64,000 nucleotides of DNA from Octopus sinensis (GCF_006345805.1 NC_043001.1:53878001-53942000), one strand, 5' to 3'. Counted from the stretch's first letter, positions 24,232-38,689 are shown. Notes: generated from the letters alone by a model not told the origin. Numbers and translations: made by a program.

Positions 24232-27200
24232 TTTGCTTTAGGTGAATCGACCGAGGCCTGTAAGTTGGCCCAATTATATATACATAAGCTATTTTCTAAT
24301 TATGGTGCCAAGGAACACTTAATAGTATTACGGAGCAAGAAATTCAACTGGAAAAACTAAATCTGCACATAAAATTCATAACTTCTGAGCATTTATGTAT
24401 AAAGCTCAATTCTGTTTCGACAGATTGTGCATGAGCAGTGACTGGAGTTCAAAATGGCCTACTCGAATATTGTAGAAAAGATATTTTGCAAATTTTATCA
24501 TTTACCAATGCGTAATGCACAAACTAATATTATATGAGGAAATGTCAAATTTTCATATAATTCTATCATTAATCATAAAAATTATGATCCCTTTTAAAGA
24601 CAAAGTACAACAAAGAAAAATATTTTAAAAAACTTTATGCAGAAGTCGAGGCATATTTTGGGATTATGGAGTTTGATACATTCTGAAATGAGGGAGCTGA
24701 GTAAAGAAGCAGTTTTTGTTAGATTCAGACAATGGTGTTCTTAACAACACAAATATCACGTTTCTTGAATAAAAAGAAATGAGTTCGGAAATTATCTTTT
24801 GTAACCAAAGTTACATTAATTTTACATTACATTTCACAGGAAGAATAAATGTATAATAAACATGGATTTTTTCCTTAAATTCTTTCAAAGTGAAATTATC
24901 ATTGCGAATAACTAGATTCTCATAAATGATATCTCACTGTTTTAAGTTACAAAGCTTTATCTTATAGAATGTGTTTAACTTCAAACGCAGAGCTTGACAA
25001 TTAGGAAAACTTATCAATTATATTTGAAAACCAGAATCCGTCAGTCAATTTGAAAATGATTCAATGCTTTTAATACAATTTCTGAAATATTCACGTTTAT
25101 GGATTTGGGGTTTTAAACTAATAACGTGGAAAAATGTAGGTGAACTTATTTACAAATACAGATTAACGATTTACTAAACGGAATTTTTAAATCACTCCAA
25201 ATTAATCTTTGGATGTAAGTGAATACTGACGCATTAATTTGTGTCATGTTTTGAATGAATATTTGAAGCAATATTTCATAACGTGTTCATCTTAAGTTTA
25301 GATATCAAACAACGGTGACTAACAAACAGCCCAATGACTGTATTTAAGTGTTCAAAATGCTCCAGCAAGAACCATCCCTTGGCCGATGTTTTAAGCGCCT
25401 GAAATATGGTTTGTATTAGAGGGAGTATTTAATAATTTAATCATGCTATTCTAACTAAGCAATCATCGATAATGCTTTGAAAGTATTGAATATACTATAG
25501 TGGGTTTTTTTTTACTATTGAGACAGAAATTCTAGAATGTTATTTCCTCTTTGAAGCAGATGAAATTCTCGTCAGAGGCTTTCATTTCTTTGCGAACTGT
25601 GTGTACAAAATGATTTTACATTTAGAAGTTGACAATTTCTAAATGAGTGTATTCCACACATGTCGGAACAATGAATATCTCCCTATTTCTTGTGGAGGCA
25701 CTTTATCTGCCACGGAGAGTCTGAAAGGATAAAAACATTTTAGTCTGTTTTGAAGATAGCTAAATGTTTTCTAATACTCCTTGCACGCTGTATTACCTAT
25801 ATAAACAACAAATACTGATCTCCCAACGCATCGCTTCCGACTAGGAATGGGAAGAAGCGTTACAGTTTCACTAGATTGTCATGACTCTCTCAATTTTGTA
25901 TAAGTACTTCTTAATAGCGGTGATTATACCTGCTTTGATACAACAGCCAGTCCACCTCCTCCTTTAATTCTGAAATTTCATCCTCATCATCATAAGGAAT
26001 TTCGTCTCTTCGTCATCCTACAGAATTTCTCGACGCATGAAAATTATTCGCTTCAATGCATGTATAACTTGTAATGCATCGCGAAACTATAGATAATTGG
26101 TATATGGAATCAGACTTTAATAAATTTACTATACCAATTCCCATGTTCTAGCACATCGCCATTGATATACCTGATCACTTTCCAAACGTACATAACAGTG
26201 ATCACCTTCTTTCTATCTCTCCCTCTTTCTTACTCACTGTCGGTTTAACATATCTTGACTCTCTTTATATATCTATTTCCACTAGGAGAGGGACACCTTT
26301 TATTAGACGCTAATGGCCTTTTTCTGAAGTTCTATGTTACAAATTTTATTGATATATCACAGAATATGGAAGCCTTTTTTTCTTTCCACTTCATTAGAAA
26401 TTAAAATAATATAATTTATAATTTGTGCCTATTTCGTTCCGATTCAGAAAAGATAAGTGCTCCTTACACAGACACGCACACACACATACCAAGCATAGAC
26501 ACACATACACGTGTATATATGCATGTATGCGTGTATGTATGTATGTATGTATGCATGCATGTATGTATGTATGTATGTATGTATGCATGTATGTATTATA
26601 TTTCAACAAAATGAGTTTTACGGTGCGCAATTATAGAAATGTATATGCGTGTATACTTGTTCAGTTAATTTATTTTCTACAATAATTATTCAATTTTATG
26701 AGTCATTCTCGATCACCGCTACGTTCTTGATTTCTTTCTTCAAGTGAAGAAGGAAATCTCAAACGTTTAAAATTTGTTTCGTTAGTTATATTTAGTAAGT
26801 TGGAGTTGGATCGACTAAATCGATTAGGTTACTTCCTTTTAAAATTTTGAAGCTTGTGCTAAATTAGAAATGTTTATTCTCAAGCGTCTCAGATATAATG
26901 ATTTCAGATCACCAAACTCATGATTAATGGTTATATCCAGTTAGTCAATATTCAACGTTATTATAAGTTTCGTTTAAGTGAAAATACGGACAAAGCTACA
27001 GCTCGGCGGAATAAATTAACTGCATTATTCTATGGTCGACGCGATGTTGATGGTCAGACACGCTATCAGAAATTTGCAGGAGAGAATATTTGTACAAACT
27101 CGAATTTACTTCCTTGACTATTACTGATGATACTGAAGAAAGTAATGTAAACCCAGCCGAGAACTGATTTATACCCAGAACACGAAGAGCCAAAACAAAT

Positions 27201-27877
27201 ACCGCAAGGTGTTTTCTCGAACACTCTAATGGTTAATTCCTTAAATGTCTACCATCAGTTTATTAACAGGTTATATATCTAACTAAATAATAATGTAGAA
27301 GAAATGTTTTATGACTAAATGCCTAGCAAATTTGCTGCAACCGTGAGAACATGAACGAGATAAATTTCTCATTTTGATGCATATGAAGTCTGTCAAGTAA
27401 AGAGATCACTGTTAAGTATGTAGAACTTTCTAACAAATGTGCCGTGTTGTATCAGTTTGGGAACCATTTATTTGTGGTGCCAAAGTATAAATAAGTAACT
27501 GGAATATTCTTAAGTCGTGAAATGTAGTTACCCTTCAGAAATTTCATAACTGTTTTCGGAGCGCGATGCACTTCTTACTACCGCAGATTCGTAAGGTGTT
27601 TGTGATTTGTAAACAGTTTTGAGTAGTAGCCGAAAAGAGGAGTATGAACCGGAGTGTGTATATGAACGCTTGATTCGTAGAACGGAAGGTAAGAATAAAG
27701 CAAGTTGTATGATAGTCTACATGCCGCGTCTGACACTACTAGTACGCAGCTTTGCTGATATTTTCATGTTAAAATTGAACTCTGGTTTATTCCCAAATAA
27801 GTAGTTGTGTCCGTTAACTGTTTCATATTTAACCATGATTTTTCATGATTATTTTCACGTTCTTCCTTCATGTTGAC

Positions 27878-28072
27878 TTCAATTTATGACATAAGGCCAG
27901 AAATTTCGGCGGAGCGTACTAGTCGATTACATTGACCACCAGTTCTCAAATGGTTAATTTATCGACCCCTAAAGAATAAAAGGCGGTCGACTTCGACTCT
28001 GAATGTAACAACAGACGAAAAGGCTGCTTAGCATTTTGCCCAGCGTACTAACACATCTGCCACCTCGCCGTC
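27878..28072 (-). mobile_element. Family-A SINE
   Basis: Reverse complement of head (..tgcttagcattttgcccagcgtactaac..ctgccacctcgcc) and body. Confidence 0.8.
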
Positions 28073-28679
28073 TTGCGCTCTTCTAACAATTCTGCTATTT
28101 TATCTTAGCTTAAAAAACTCATTTATATTTTCTCCGTCTGTTATGTCTAAAAGCTTTTTGTAAACAACAAACTCTGTAGGAAATCACCAGGGAAGCGAAT
28201 CCAAGTTACAATAGGCGTAAAAACAAGTAAATATTTTGCCTATTTACAGTAATGCGAATAAAACTCCATTCATTGCAATTAGACAAAATATTCGATAAAG
28301 CTAAAGAAAAAATTTAGTTTTGAAGTCCATGAATCCTGGTGAAAACTTACAATTAGAATACAATGTACATAATTATAGAGGCAAAAATCTATGAAGTATT
28401 TGTATACTTTTAGTATACATAAAAAATATTGCATGGCCTTATGTGCATAGTATTTACGTAGATTTGAACGTACATATTTTTTATAGTTTTTCACGTTATT
28501 TTAGTACTCAGAGAAGTATGTTAACATGTGCTCAGAAATAATCACAAATAAATGTATACTAAGGCGTCTAGGCTTATATGGGTATTTAAACAACATGAAT
28601 AGGTTTTATCGATGTAAAACGTGTGTTTGCATATATTGACACATTAAAGACCATTCTTTATGTGCATTTTGATTACTGA

Positions 28680-28693
28680 ATATATATATATAT

Positions 28694-28757
<64 letters not shown>

Positions 28758-28794
28758 ATATATATATGTATATGTATATGTGTATATATATGTG

Positions 28795-28848
<54 letters not shown>

Positions 28849-28924
28849 CATGTAAGTATGCATGTATACATGTATGTTTTATATATATATGCGTGTTTAT
28901 GAATGTATGTATATGTTTATATTA

Positions 28925-28995
<71 letters not shown>
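28680..28995. repeat. Long interrupted (TA)n/(TG)n array
   Basis: Direct reading. Confidence 0.95.
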
Positions 28996-28998
<3 letters not shown>

Positions 28999-29786
28999 CA
29001 CGCAGTTTTTCAAGTAACTGCTAACAATCTGCTCTACAGATGTTTATCAGACGTATATATTTGTTACAATTCTACTTCCCTTTCCTTTTTGTATTTATTC
29101 ACAATACGCACTCTTCATTATACAATTCCCCATAGCATACATAAGATACGATATGAAATAAAACATTGTTAACTACCACTATCTTCTATGGAGTGTATGT
29201 GTCTCATATCAGAGATATCGGTCAGATAGCGATAACAGCAACAATACTACATGCTGTCTCTTTGACTTGCCTACCATCATCACTAGGTTATTCAGCCCAC
29301 TGTGTTTATTAACATAAAAGACACTCAACCGTAGACACGGACGATTCTAAAATCAATATGCAATATTTTTTATTTATCTTCCATGTAAATATGTGGAAGG
29401 ACCACGTTTATTTATTTATCCAATCGAAGAGACAAGGCCTAGTATGATCCGAGATAATGTTATGACATTATCAGACAAATCTGATCAGAATTTACGAAAA
29501 ACCAAATGATTTGTTTACTTAGAATTTCTTCTGCGTGTTATAAGTGTTATAGCTTTAAGCTGCTGCTGTTTCTGGGATTGTAGTTATGGTTGTTGAACCT
29601 GTATTTTTGGTGACTCTCGCAACGCTTTAAGTCACAACTGTTAATATCATTCTCGAATAGTCATTGGTGTCTGTTTTGTTATAGTAACTACTATCATTGA
29701 TTTTTTAGGTTTTGCTAATGTCCAATGCTCTTATTAAATATTGCTTTTTCTTATCTATATATAACATCTCTTGTTGAGATGGTTTA

Positions 29787-29827
<41 letters not shown>

Positions 29828-30689
29828 CCTCTCTCCCCTCTCTTTCTCACACAATATTTCTTTCCCGTGTTTGCTTTTTCTCTCAGTCACAAGTAATCTT
29901 ACATCATCTCTCTTTCTCTCTCTCTCTCTCCCTCTCTCTCTTTCTCTTTGTATTGTGTGGGTTGCTTAACTTTCTGATGCTTATCATCACCAATCGATTA
30001 GACGACAGTAGTCCCAGATACCTGTATTGTTTTCAGTGTTGATGCCACGTTTCCAAATTAACGGAAATGAAATAGATGAAATGTTGCTGATAAACAACTG
30101 GAAATTGGTGGGAATCTTCAACTGCAACAAAACATGTGTGATAAATAGAGTCTGAGAAGAGCAAAGGAAATAACATAAAGGATAGTAAGCCTTCATGAGA
30201 GCGTGTCATTGAAATGTTGGCACCGGGTATTTAGGATGCAGGAAAAGGTTAACAAAATGTTGACCATGTTTACTGTATTCAAAAATACCAACAATTTCAA
30301 TAAATGTACATAAAAAGAACCAATTAATCATATGGTATTTCAATAGATATTTCATCTGCGGAAAACAAAGCATGTGGAATAGTTATAAAGAAAATAAAAG
30401 ATATTTTCGTGCTTTCAATCCTTTGTCTCTCAAATTTCAAAACGCTTTATGTTTCTTTGGCTAGTAATTCTTCCTGGGTCATTGGCTGGACGTCAGATCC
30501 AGACATTTATGATGAGAAGAGATTTGCAGCTATCTAGTAGCTATTACCTGTTGTCTTCTGCGAAGTATATATATATTTAATAGTTGCTGTTATTGTTGCT
30601 GCGCTTCTGCTGTAATCTGCTCCCTTAATCAACTTTATCAGTCCACTAGGTAGAAAGTACTCAAGTACTCTTTTATCTACCTTCAGAAT

Positions 30690-31400
30690 GGGCCACAGCT
30701 TCAGCCTAGCTCTGTGATGTAATCTTCGGAGGTCACGATGACTTGCAAAGCTCCACGCTTGCCATCTTCGCGTATCGGGTTCTAAAATTCAGAAGAAGCG
30801 GTGCGACATTTCTAAGAATATTCCTGGTTGTAATCCTTGTATTCAAATCCCCCATATATTGCAGTATCCCAGTTGGCAGCTGTGTGATGTTCTCATTACA
30901 CATGCTATCCTCCGTTTGCTGTTAGTTCCAATAACCGCTAAGTACTTCCAGATGAGCTACGCCGGTCAATAGGAATGGCAATGATTAACCTACCCCTCAA
31001 AGTGCGTTTTGTGTGGGGGGTGCATACGAATACGAAAGCTCGGTCTGAATTTGACAAAACAGAGGTATACTATTTTCATCCTTGCTAAATATATGTATTT
31101 CCTCGGACAATAGCTACCGTCCTTCAACACATTCTATTATATCAGTTTTGAGAGTACTAACCAATGCTCAGTCCTTGTTTCTTGCAAGTCAATCTGCCAT
31201 GTCTGTTGTTCAGACTCTAGCTATTACCACCTGGATATATGGGAAAATGCGAATGACTGTTTTAGAAATACTCGTATCGTGTAACTGGTGTCTTCTTTTC
31301 ATGTTGGTCTTTTTTTTAAACAGTATGTATTTTGTTTGTGTACCTAATGCGTCCGCCTTTCTGGATATTATCTTCCAAATGCAACCTAGGTGGCTGACAT
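30690..31400 (-). mobile_element. Probable RTE-like LINE relic
   Basis: Weak multi-frame similarity: KYVSHLG (FxYLGS), NILRNV, RRWQAWSFASHR..LKLW (RRLRFAGHC..LxLW), in the expected order. Confidence 0.4.
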
Positions 31401-31684
31401 ACTTTCAATGATTTTTAAAAAAAACAAGCATATAAAATATCATGTCATGTCTGTTTTGCCTCGAAACGGCGCAAAACACGAAAAGCTTCTTAGCTCTATA
31501 TTTTAGGGAGGGCATAGTTATAATGATCGCAGTATATGGTTGATATTTTGTCGACTTATCAAAATCTAAATAACCTTAGTGACACTTGAAACACGATATT
31601 GTGTACACGTAGATAATTAATTACCATCAATATTTGTTTTACCCGTATATGAAATAATGGCTAATAATAAGATAGAAACAATGT

Positions 31685-31752
31685 GGGACTGAACACGGAA
31701 CCATTTGTTTGAGAAGCAATCTTCTTACCACACAGTCACTCCTGCGCCTATG
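31685..31752 (-). mobile_element. Head of family-B SINE
   Basis: Reverse complement of ataggcgcaggagtgactgtgtggtaagaagattgcttctcaaacaaatggttccgtgttcagtccc (A/B boxes). Confidence 0.75.
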
Positions 31753-32649
31753 TAAGCAAATCATAAATTTCATATCGAAGATATATCACCTTCACAGTTT
31801 CATAATTGTCCAATGGACATTTGAGACTTGTTTGACCTTGATGTTTCAGTGAGTTGCTCATTGCATGCTTTTTGACAGCAAATTTAGTTTACAATTCTAA
31901 GCTGCAGATCTTGACTTTTCTTTTTTTTTTCTTTCTTATGGTTGTCACGCATTATAGAGCAAAACGAAAGAAAAATTGATAGTAATCCATTGATTCTTTG
32001 TACTAGAGGCAAATATCCTGATATTATGGGGTAACAGACTAGTCGCTTTCATCAACTTCAATACTCACCTGGTACGTGTTTTATCGAAAGTAAGAATTCA
32101 AAGTCAACCAACTCAATGAATATTGAACTGAAAACGTAAAAGCCAGGATAAATCCCACTAATATATTGTCCGACGTGTTAACTATTCTGCCATTTTACCA
32201 CCTTAACTATTTCAGTAATAATGGAATAAATGACTTCCTATTTAGAGCGAGTCAAACTTAAGGCCATTGTGATATTTTGTGAAAATAGCTTCCGATATAA
32301 AGACACGACCGTAATATATTACACATTTAAGGACTCAACACCATTGCACAATATAGGAAGAATGAATCTAGTTTGGAGAGCTGAGTAAGATTGGAGAGCG
32401 TGATTAAGAGAAAGAAAGAAATAAAAAGGCAAAATAGTTGTGCAAGCTTGGTGATAAAAGAAATTATGAAAATACAGAAAGTTAGATAACTAATGCAAAC
32501 AAAAACGTGCTCGCGGTAGAACCTTTTTGAGATGTATATGAGCAACTACAATCTCTTTTACGTATTTGCACTTAATTTGCAGTTAGTTTTATTATATGAA
32601 GTTTTCAGAATTTTAGCATCTTTGAGTTGCTTGTCATTCTTCTGTTATT

Positions 32650-33830
32650 TTATGAAAAATTAGAGGAACAAATTTGTTTGACAAGTAGAAACATCGGAGC
32701 AACAACTTCTTTGATCAAACACTTAAATATCGCTCTGTTCATAAGTTGATAGCCGGAGTGTGTTGCTAAAGGTTGGGAAATATAGATCAAAATTAATAAA
32801 CTCATACGAATTTGGAGAATATTATGGACCATTAGATTTTGAAGATGATGACCATATCTATCATTTGCAGGGACCATGTTCTGAGATTATTTTAAGCAAA
32901 AAACTGCTAAATGCTGTTAATAATTACCCGGAAGGGGAAAAGCATTTAGCTACTCCGAAGAGAGAGAGCTCACTTAGAATTATTAATTGATGTTATCGGC
33001 TTTAGCGAGCAAATTTTAAATTTATTTTGAAAACTGCTAAATACTGTTTATAATTACCTAAAAGAGGAAACAGTCAACTCGAACAGAGAGCCATTCTAGT
33101 TATGATATGTTGTTGATGTTACCAGCTATGGCAATGATCACATTTGTAACTGCAGGAAAGATTTAATTGTTTTCTTGTTGAATAAATGACGTCACTATAT
33201 TCAAGAGGAAATTAGAACTATTCATCCTCCAGCTTTAGCACGGATATTTGAAACGGTTTCGGGTTTTAAAAGAGGAGAGTGTTTGTGCTGATTATATTGG
33301 CAATTCCAAAAATATGTTTTGAAAGACCATGTTATCGTAAGTGTCATATGACAATGATTTTCATGATCTGCCAATGAATACACACATTTATGCATTCATG
33401 CTCAATTAGCGGAAGAAACATCATGAAAATACATATTAACATAAAACCTGAACAGAATTACTTCGGAATGATGTTGAGCTAATTAATTTCTGGCGTCCAG
33501 AAATTCTTAAACTACGAAAATTTTCCCCGTTAGACGAGGGTTTAATGAAAACTTGTATGGTGCATCTGAACATGTGTAAAAAAATATTGGTGCACGAAAA
33601 TTCCATTGCAAGCCTCCTCTGTCAAATGGTTTCTAACACCTTCATCTTAAGGATGTTGACTTAAATTCCATCTTGCTTTCATATAGATCGATACTTTCGA
33701 CCTCTTTGCCAGCACGAAAAAATTCAGTATCAATATATATTCTTTCTTCTTCTTTATCGAACCTTCAATTAATATCTGTTGCTTTCTTACATGGTAAATG
33801 GTAATCCATACACCACAAATCAAATTTTAT
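32650..33830 (+). pseudogene. Unidentified decayed coding sequence with internal 130-bp tandem repeat
   Basis: Protein-like frames broken by stops/frameshifts: VGKYRSKLINSYEFGEYYGPLDFEDDDHIYHLQGPCSEIILSKKLLNAVNNYPEGEK; RHYIQEEIRTIHPPALARIFETVSGFKRGECL; NDVELINFWRPEILKLRKFSPLDEGL. Family not recognised. Confidence 0.35.
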
Positions 33831-33894
33831 TATCTTAAGTATTCAACTATTTTATGATTCTCAAGTGGTGAGTTTGAAGAATCGCCCCCCATCG

Positions 33895-34235
33895 CACCCA
33901 CCCGCGAACAAAATACTTAACGGCATTTCGTCAGTCCTTTACGTTGGAAGTTCAAGTGTCATAGAAGTCGACTTTACCTTTCATCCCTTTTAGGTCGATA
34001 AAATGGTAATTATAGTAAGGAATATTCTAATGTGGTGAGCTGGCAGAATCTTAGTACGCTAGACGATATGTCTAGCACCAATTGTTCCGGCTCTTTACGT
34101 TCTGAGTTCAAATCCTGCCAAGGTCGGCATTGCCTTTCATCTTTCCGAGGTCGATAAAATAAGCACAAATTGAGCACTGAAGTCGATGTAATCTACTATA
34201 CCCTTCCCAAAAATTTCATTCCTTGTGCCTTTAGT
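33895..34235 (+). mobile_element. Two tandem family-A SINEs (~33895-34010 partial; 34031-34235)
   Basis: Head gtggtgagctggcagaatc, body gttcaaatcctgccaaggtcggcattgcctttcatc, tail ccttgtgcc. Confidence 0.85.
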
Positions 34236-36780
34236 AAAAAATATTATTGTCTTATACCATTAGCGTGACTTCAGGACTACTCGGGTATATGCTAAGCAAT
34301 CTCCACTCGGCCCTATTATCTCAACTTGAAGCATAAAGTATCACTCACAAACGTTAGTAGTTTCAAGGAGTGCCGACTTTTGTGAGACTGCAATCTTGTT
34401 TGTTATTCTTAGATTGTTGATGTGTGTGTTGCTCTACTTATTACTGGTACCAATTAATTTCATGTTGGTCGATAAAACATATTTATGCAACTCCTAAAAA
34501 TGTTTAATTTGCGACAATGTTTTAAAAACATATATGCTGGGTAATTTTTGAGTCATAATAGGGAGCTCCAGTATTTTGACATGTATTTTGGTATAAAATC
34601 TTATTGTTTCTCTTATTGTATATCATTCATTTTCTGTTAATGCTGCTAGAAATAGACGTATATTGGATGTTATTTACCAGAAGTGTATATGAATGTTGCT
34701 ATTATTTCTGTGCAATGTGTTAAGTAGTTGATATATTGTCTCATACATATTGTATTTCAGAATGATGATGCAGTTGTTGTTTAAATCTTTTTGGAGCACA
34801 TCTATAATTATAAACCTTCTTATCCTACCAATTTTATAGTTCTTTTCCTGGCGGCGTATGAAACATCTTCTCAAATATGCACTTCGTCTCTTTTAAATGA
34901 TAAGAGTACTATTTTTTAGGTAGACATGAATTTTTCCAGCTTTCATAATTTAACCAACTAAATCCGTGTGTCTTTTGGGTATGTGCAGTATTTTGTTATT
35001 GTCTTACGTTTTCTATTATATAGAAATTGTTCTATAAAATGCATGCGCATTACATATTATTTACTATTAAATGTGTTGTATTCATGTATTTGTAAGACCT
35101 TGTGTTTAGAATATTTCTCAGTATGTCTTGCGATAATTGCAAATTCACACGTTTTCAGTCTTCACAGTTTTGTCATCTTCCAGGTCATTTTTTTTTTATT
35201 AATTCCTTGATTTTTAGAGATATTCAGAACCGTTTGTTAGGAAAGATTTTTTTGTCTTCGACAAAACTATTTGGCCGTTGCACTTGATCTCCTTCTCCGC
35301 AGCAATGAATATATCTCAAAGTAAGGTCACGCTGCCATTCTCTATGATTTTTTTCAATTGCATCTTTTTTTTTTTATACTGCAATGTTATATTTAGCAAG
35401 AGGCAGTTATTGGATATACTGTTATAGCTTTCTGTCTATGAAAGAACCAAATTTGTAATGCCCTAGCTGTATTCCTCCTTGGATGAAAATGAGTAACGAT
35501 AACCAATGTGATAAATTATCCCTTTCTAATCTACCTAGAAAATGCAGATGCTGAATGCACTTAATACTTCTTTGCATACATCTAGTAATTTAGGAGGAAG
35601 TCATTCATTCTGCTTTAGAATAAATTTATTATCATTGCTATTGTTGTCGTAATTATTACTACTACTACTACTACTGATACTACTAATAATACTACTACTA
35701 CTGCTGCTGCTGCTGCCGCTCCTTTGCTTTTATTATCGTTTATCCATTGCACATCAGGGATGCAAAATACTCCGGAAATTCACTGTTAATGCCTAACATA
35801 ACTTACACCTAAGAGTATGAGCAGCATGAAAGACAGTAGATATGTTTTGAGAATGCACGTCGTACTTCATGTCTAACAGTTACAGTCAGTAAACAAATTT
35901 TGTCGGGAATAAATGTAATACTGTGATAATAACTAAAACAACATTCACTTGTTTTGTTGAAAATTTCGTGTTTTTTGATTTTTAAACATTTAATTCAGCA
36001 GACTTTTTCCGAATGGTTAACTCCAATATTCATATCCCTAGATATTAAAACGTCAATTAAAATGCATTAAACTTTTTTCCTTGGTGTGTTTATTCTTATC
36101 TGTTGTAGTGTGGAATTATTCAGTCTGGATATCAAAGGCCTATGTAATATTTCACATATAATGATAACAGATTTCTATTGACTTATGTGTATGAAGAAAG
36201 GCGAGAATGATGAACATGTACCTCGAGAGATTTCTGTTTTATATTACTGTTAAATTACTTTTTTATGTTGGTTTTTTTCTGCCATATTTAACCCTCACCC
36301 ACATAAACCTGGGTGACGTACAATCGGTTATACATAAGAGCTCCACTACTGTATTTAATATCTGGGGGCTTTTGTGTTACAATCACAGATTTTTAAATTT
36401 TTAAATTAATCGAAAATATTCAAATTTGGTATGCTCATGCAATTTTTCATGCTCAATCCTGTTTTGTGATTTATTTATTCTAGAAACAATATAGAAAAAT
36501 GTTACAAAGGTTTAAATTTTAATCATGTTTACTCGGTCAGAAAAGCTGATTTGAAAGCTGGCATTTTCTGCGTAGTATTTGTCTATAAAAAAAATGAAAA
36601 GAAAAATATTGCAATGACTAAGTTTTCATATCAAACATGGAAGCAAACCATCACAACGACGAAAGTTGTAAGAAGTTTAATAAGTTTTTTTAATAAAGAT
36701 ATATGAAAGAGTCGAACAGGCGTGTGACTTAAGTAAAAAGAAAGCCCTCAACGAATTCTTTTGCGAAACAATACAAAAAA

Positions 36781-36957
36781 TAGGTTAGAGTTTGGGTTTA
36801 GGATTAGGGTTAAGGTTAAAGTTATATATGGGATTAGGGATTAGATTTTTAGGATTAATTTAGGGTTACGGTTACGGTTAGGATTTGGGTTAAATTTTAG
36901 TGTTACATTTCGGGATAAAGTTAGAGTCTACGTTTATGTTTTACGTTTATGGTTAGA
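36781..36957 (+). repeat. Degenerate telomere-like (TTAGGG)n tract
   Basis: taggttagagtttgggtttaggattagggttaaggtt..ttagggttacggttacggttagg; 6-bp periodicity. Confidence 0.75.
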
Positions 36958-37309
36958 ACTAATGTTTCATTACTCGTCTAAAAGAACATACACGTAGAGA
37001 TGAGTGTTCGGGCAACATGCTTCACTTTCAATTTTTCAACATGGAAGAAAGGAACTGTGGCCTAATATTACCTAAATTTTGCATCCTTTAAAAACTATTA
37101 AGTTTTTATTTATTAGTTTGCAAGCTTTAAAAGCTATTATGTTTTTATTTATTAATTTATGGCAAAAAATTAGCATACAAAACTACATCGGTACAATAGA
37201 TTTCAAAAGAATTGGAACAAAATCTAAAAAAATAGAAAATGTTAGTAGTAACAGACATTATCTAATATCTGCACATACAAGGTGCTGACATGGGTCTCTG
37301 GAAAGAAAT

Positions 37310-37545
37310 TTACTTCCCAACCACATTGTTTCGATTTCAGTCCCTCTGCGTGACACCTTGGGGGAAATGTCTCGACATGGCAGAATCGTTACCACGCTGG
37401 GTAAAATGCTTAAAGTCACTTCGTCCATCTTTACGATTTGATTTGAAATTCTACCGTAATCGACTTCTCGACTTTACCTTTCATCCTTTCTGGGTCTATA
37501 AAATAAGTACTAGTTGAGCACTGGGTTCGATGACATCGACTAGTG
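37310..37545 (+). mobile_element. Composite SINE fragments (family-B head piece followed by family-A body)
   Basis: cccaaccacattgtttcgatttcagtccctctgcgtgacaccttggggg (B/CORE) then ggcagaatcgtta..cctttcatcctttc..aaataagtactagttgagcactggg (A). Confidence 0.7.
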
Positions 37546-37749
37546 TCTGAATATAAAGCAAATTGCTGCACACACAGATGACTATTTCGCAGCACTGATA
37601 ACAAAATAGACATTGTGAAAGTTTTACGAATATGGTTAAAGTGGCCACCATCATGCCATATTTCTAAAGATTTTATATTGATTTTATAATTATTTTCCCC
37701 TGAGGTATTCATACTTTCTCGTCGGATATTACCAAACTCTTTCTTCCGA

Positions 37750-38480
37750 TACTTTGAAGCTCTTATAACGTTTCTTCACAAATAAAATTCAATATTGTCT
37801 TATATTTCAAAGTCACCTCATTTTTATCCTTTAAATATTGACTCCTCCCCTGCAACATATGTTACTAAGGGCGAACTGCTTCCTTTCTTTATATTTTTCT
37901 AAAGTATTTCACTATTTTCCCTTGTCTGGAGGTTTCTTCATATATTTTTAACGAGATTCTAATTTTCTGTATTATGTTACCGTCTCTAGTGTTACCAATT
38001 TATGACACCTGTAAATGCGATTAAGAGTATATAACTGAATATCACTTTCCATTCATTTCTTTCACAATATAGTTTATCATCAGATTATACGATAACGTTT
38101 CCTTTCTCCCCACCTTTCCTCACACTTATTTCTTTTCTTACATGAAAATACACTCATACATGGACATTATCATATTATTTATAATGATGTTTCACTTCAT
38201 AGATCAACAAATGATTTGCCTATTTATTTCTTTATAATAACAGTTTATTGCAATAGATATAAATGATAACTACTTTTCTGTATGTCCTTGTGCTTCAGGC
38301 CTGTTAATGCTTTGGAAGTTCAATTAATATTTCATCTTGCAACTATCACAATATATTTTGGTAGTTTCATTGATGTGTATCGGATATTATCAACCCGTTT
38401 CTTATTTCTGTTACTTCCTCCTCGCAATAAAATTATTGCAATTTCCTCCAACATGCTTTACTCTGCCACCTAAAAATGTG
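37750..38480 (-). mobile_element. Possible PLE reverse transcriptase/linker relic
   Basis: Weak multi-frame motifs in expected order: RY(I)NE (RYIDD), LSFISIAI (LPFLDxxI), YTLNRIYRCHKL, TYVAGEES (LPYxxGxSE). Confidence 0.35.
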
Positions 38481-38689
38481 CAGATAGGAATTTTCTACGT
38501 GCTTTTTAATATGCATTGCTATGAATACATGAAAGAACCTAGAGGAATATAATCAAGATTTCGATTTGAGATAAAAATTCTATCAGGTAAAAATTGTTTC
38601 CATACTACAATAAAAATCGTTTCCATACTAGAATAATCATGTCGTACAAAATGCTTTGTAGTATCTTTGTAGTATTTACGTTCTGAGAT

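Noticed and set aside
25930-26035. Minus-strand acidic peptide (DEIPYDDEDEISELKEEVDWLL) between AG and GT
   Set aside because: All three frames of the putative exon contain stops.
29987-30196. Claudin-like W..GIWxxC motif (WKRGINTENNTGIWDYC) on the minus strand
   Set aside because: No clear transmembrane helix before it, a stop follows shortly, and a donor-like CAG|GTATCT would cut the motif; probably chance.
32665-32725. SRNIGATT read as a Walker A motif of a viral packaging ATPase
   Set aside because: Lacks the essential GK(T/S) lysine and is in a different frame from the downstream ORF.
38589-38634. 23-bp tandem duplication (also a 31-bp one at 55546-55600)
   Set aside because: Ordinary local slippage duplications with no further structure.
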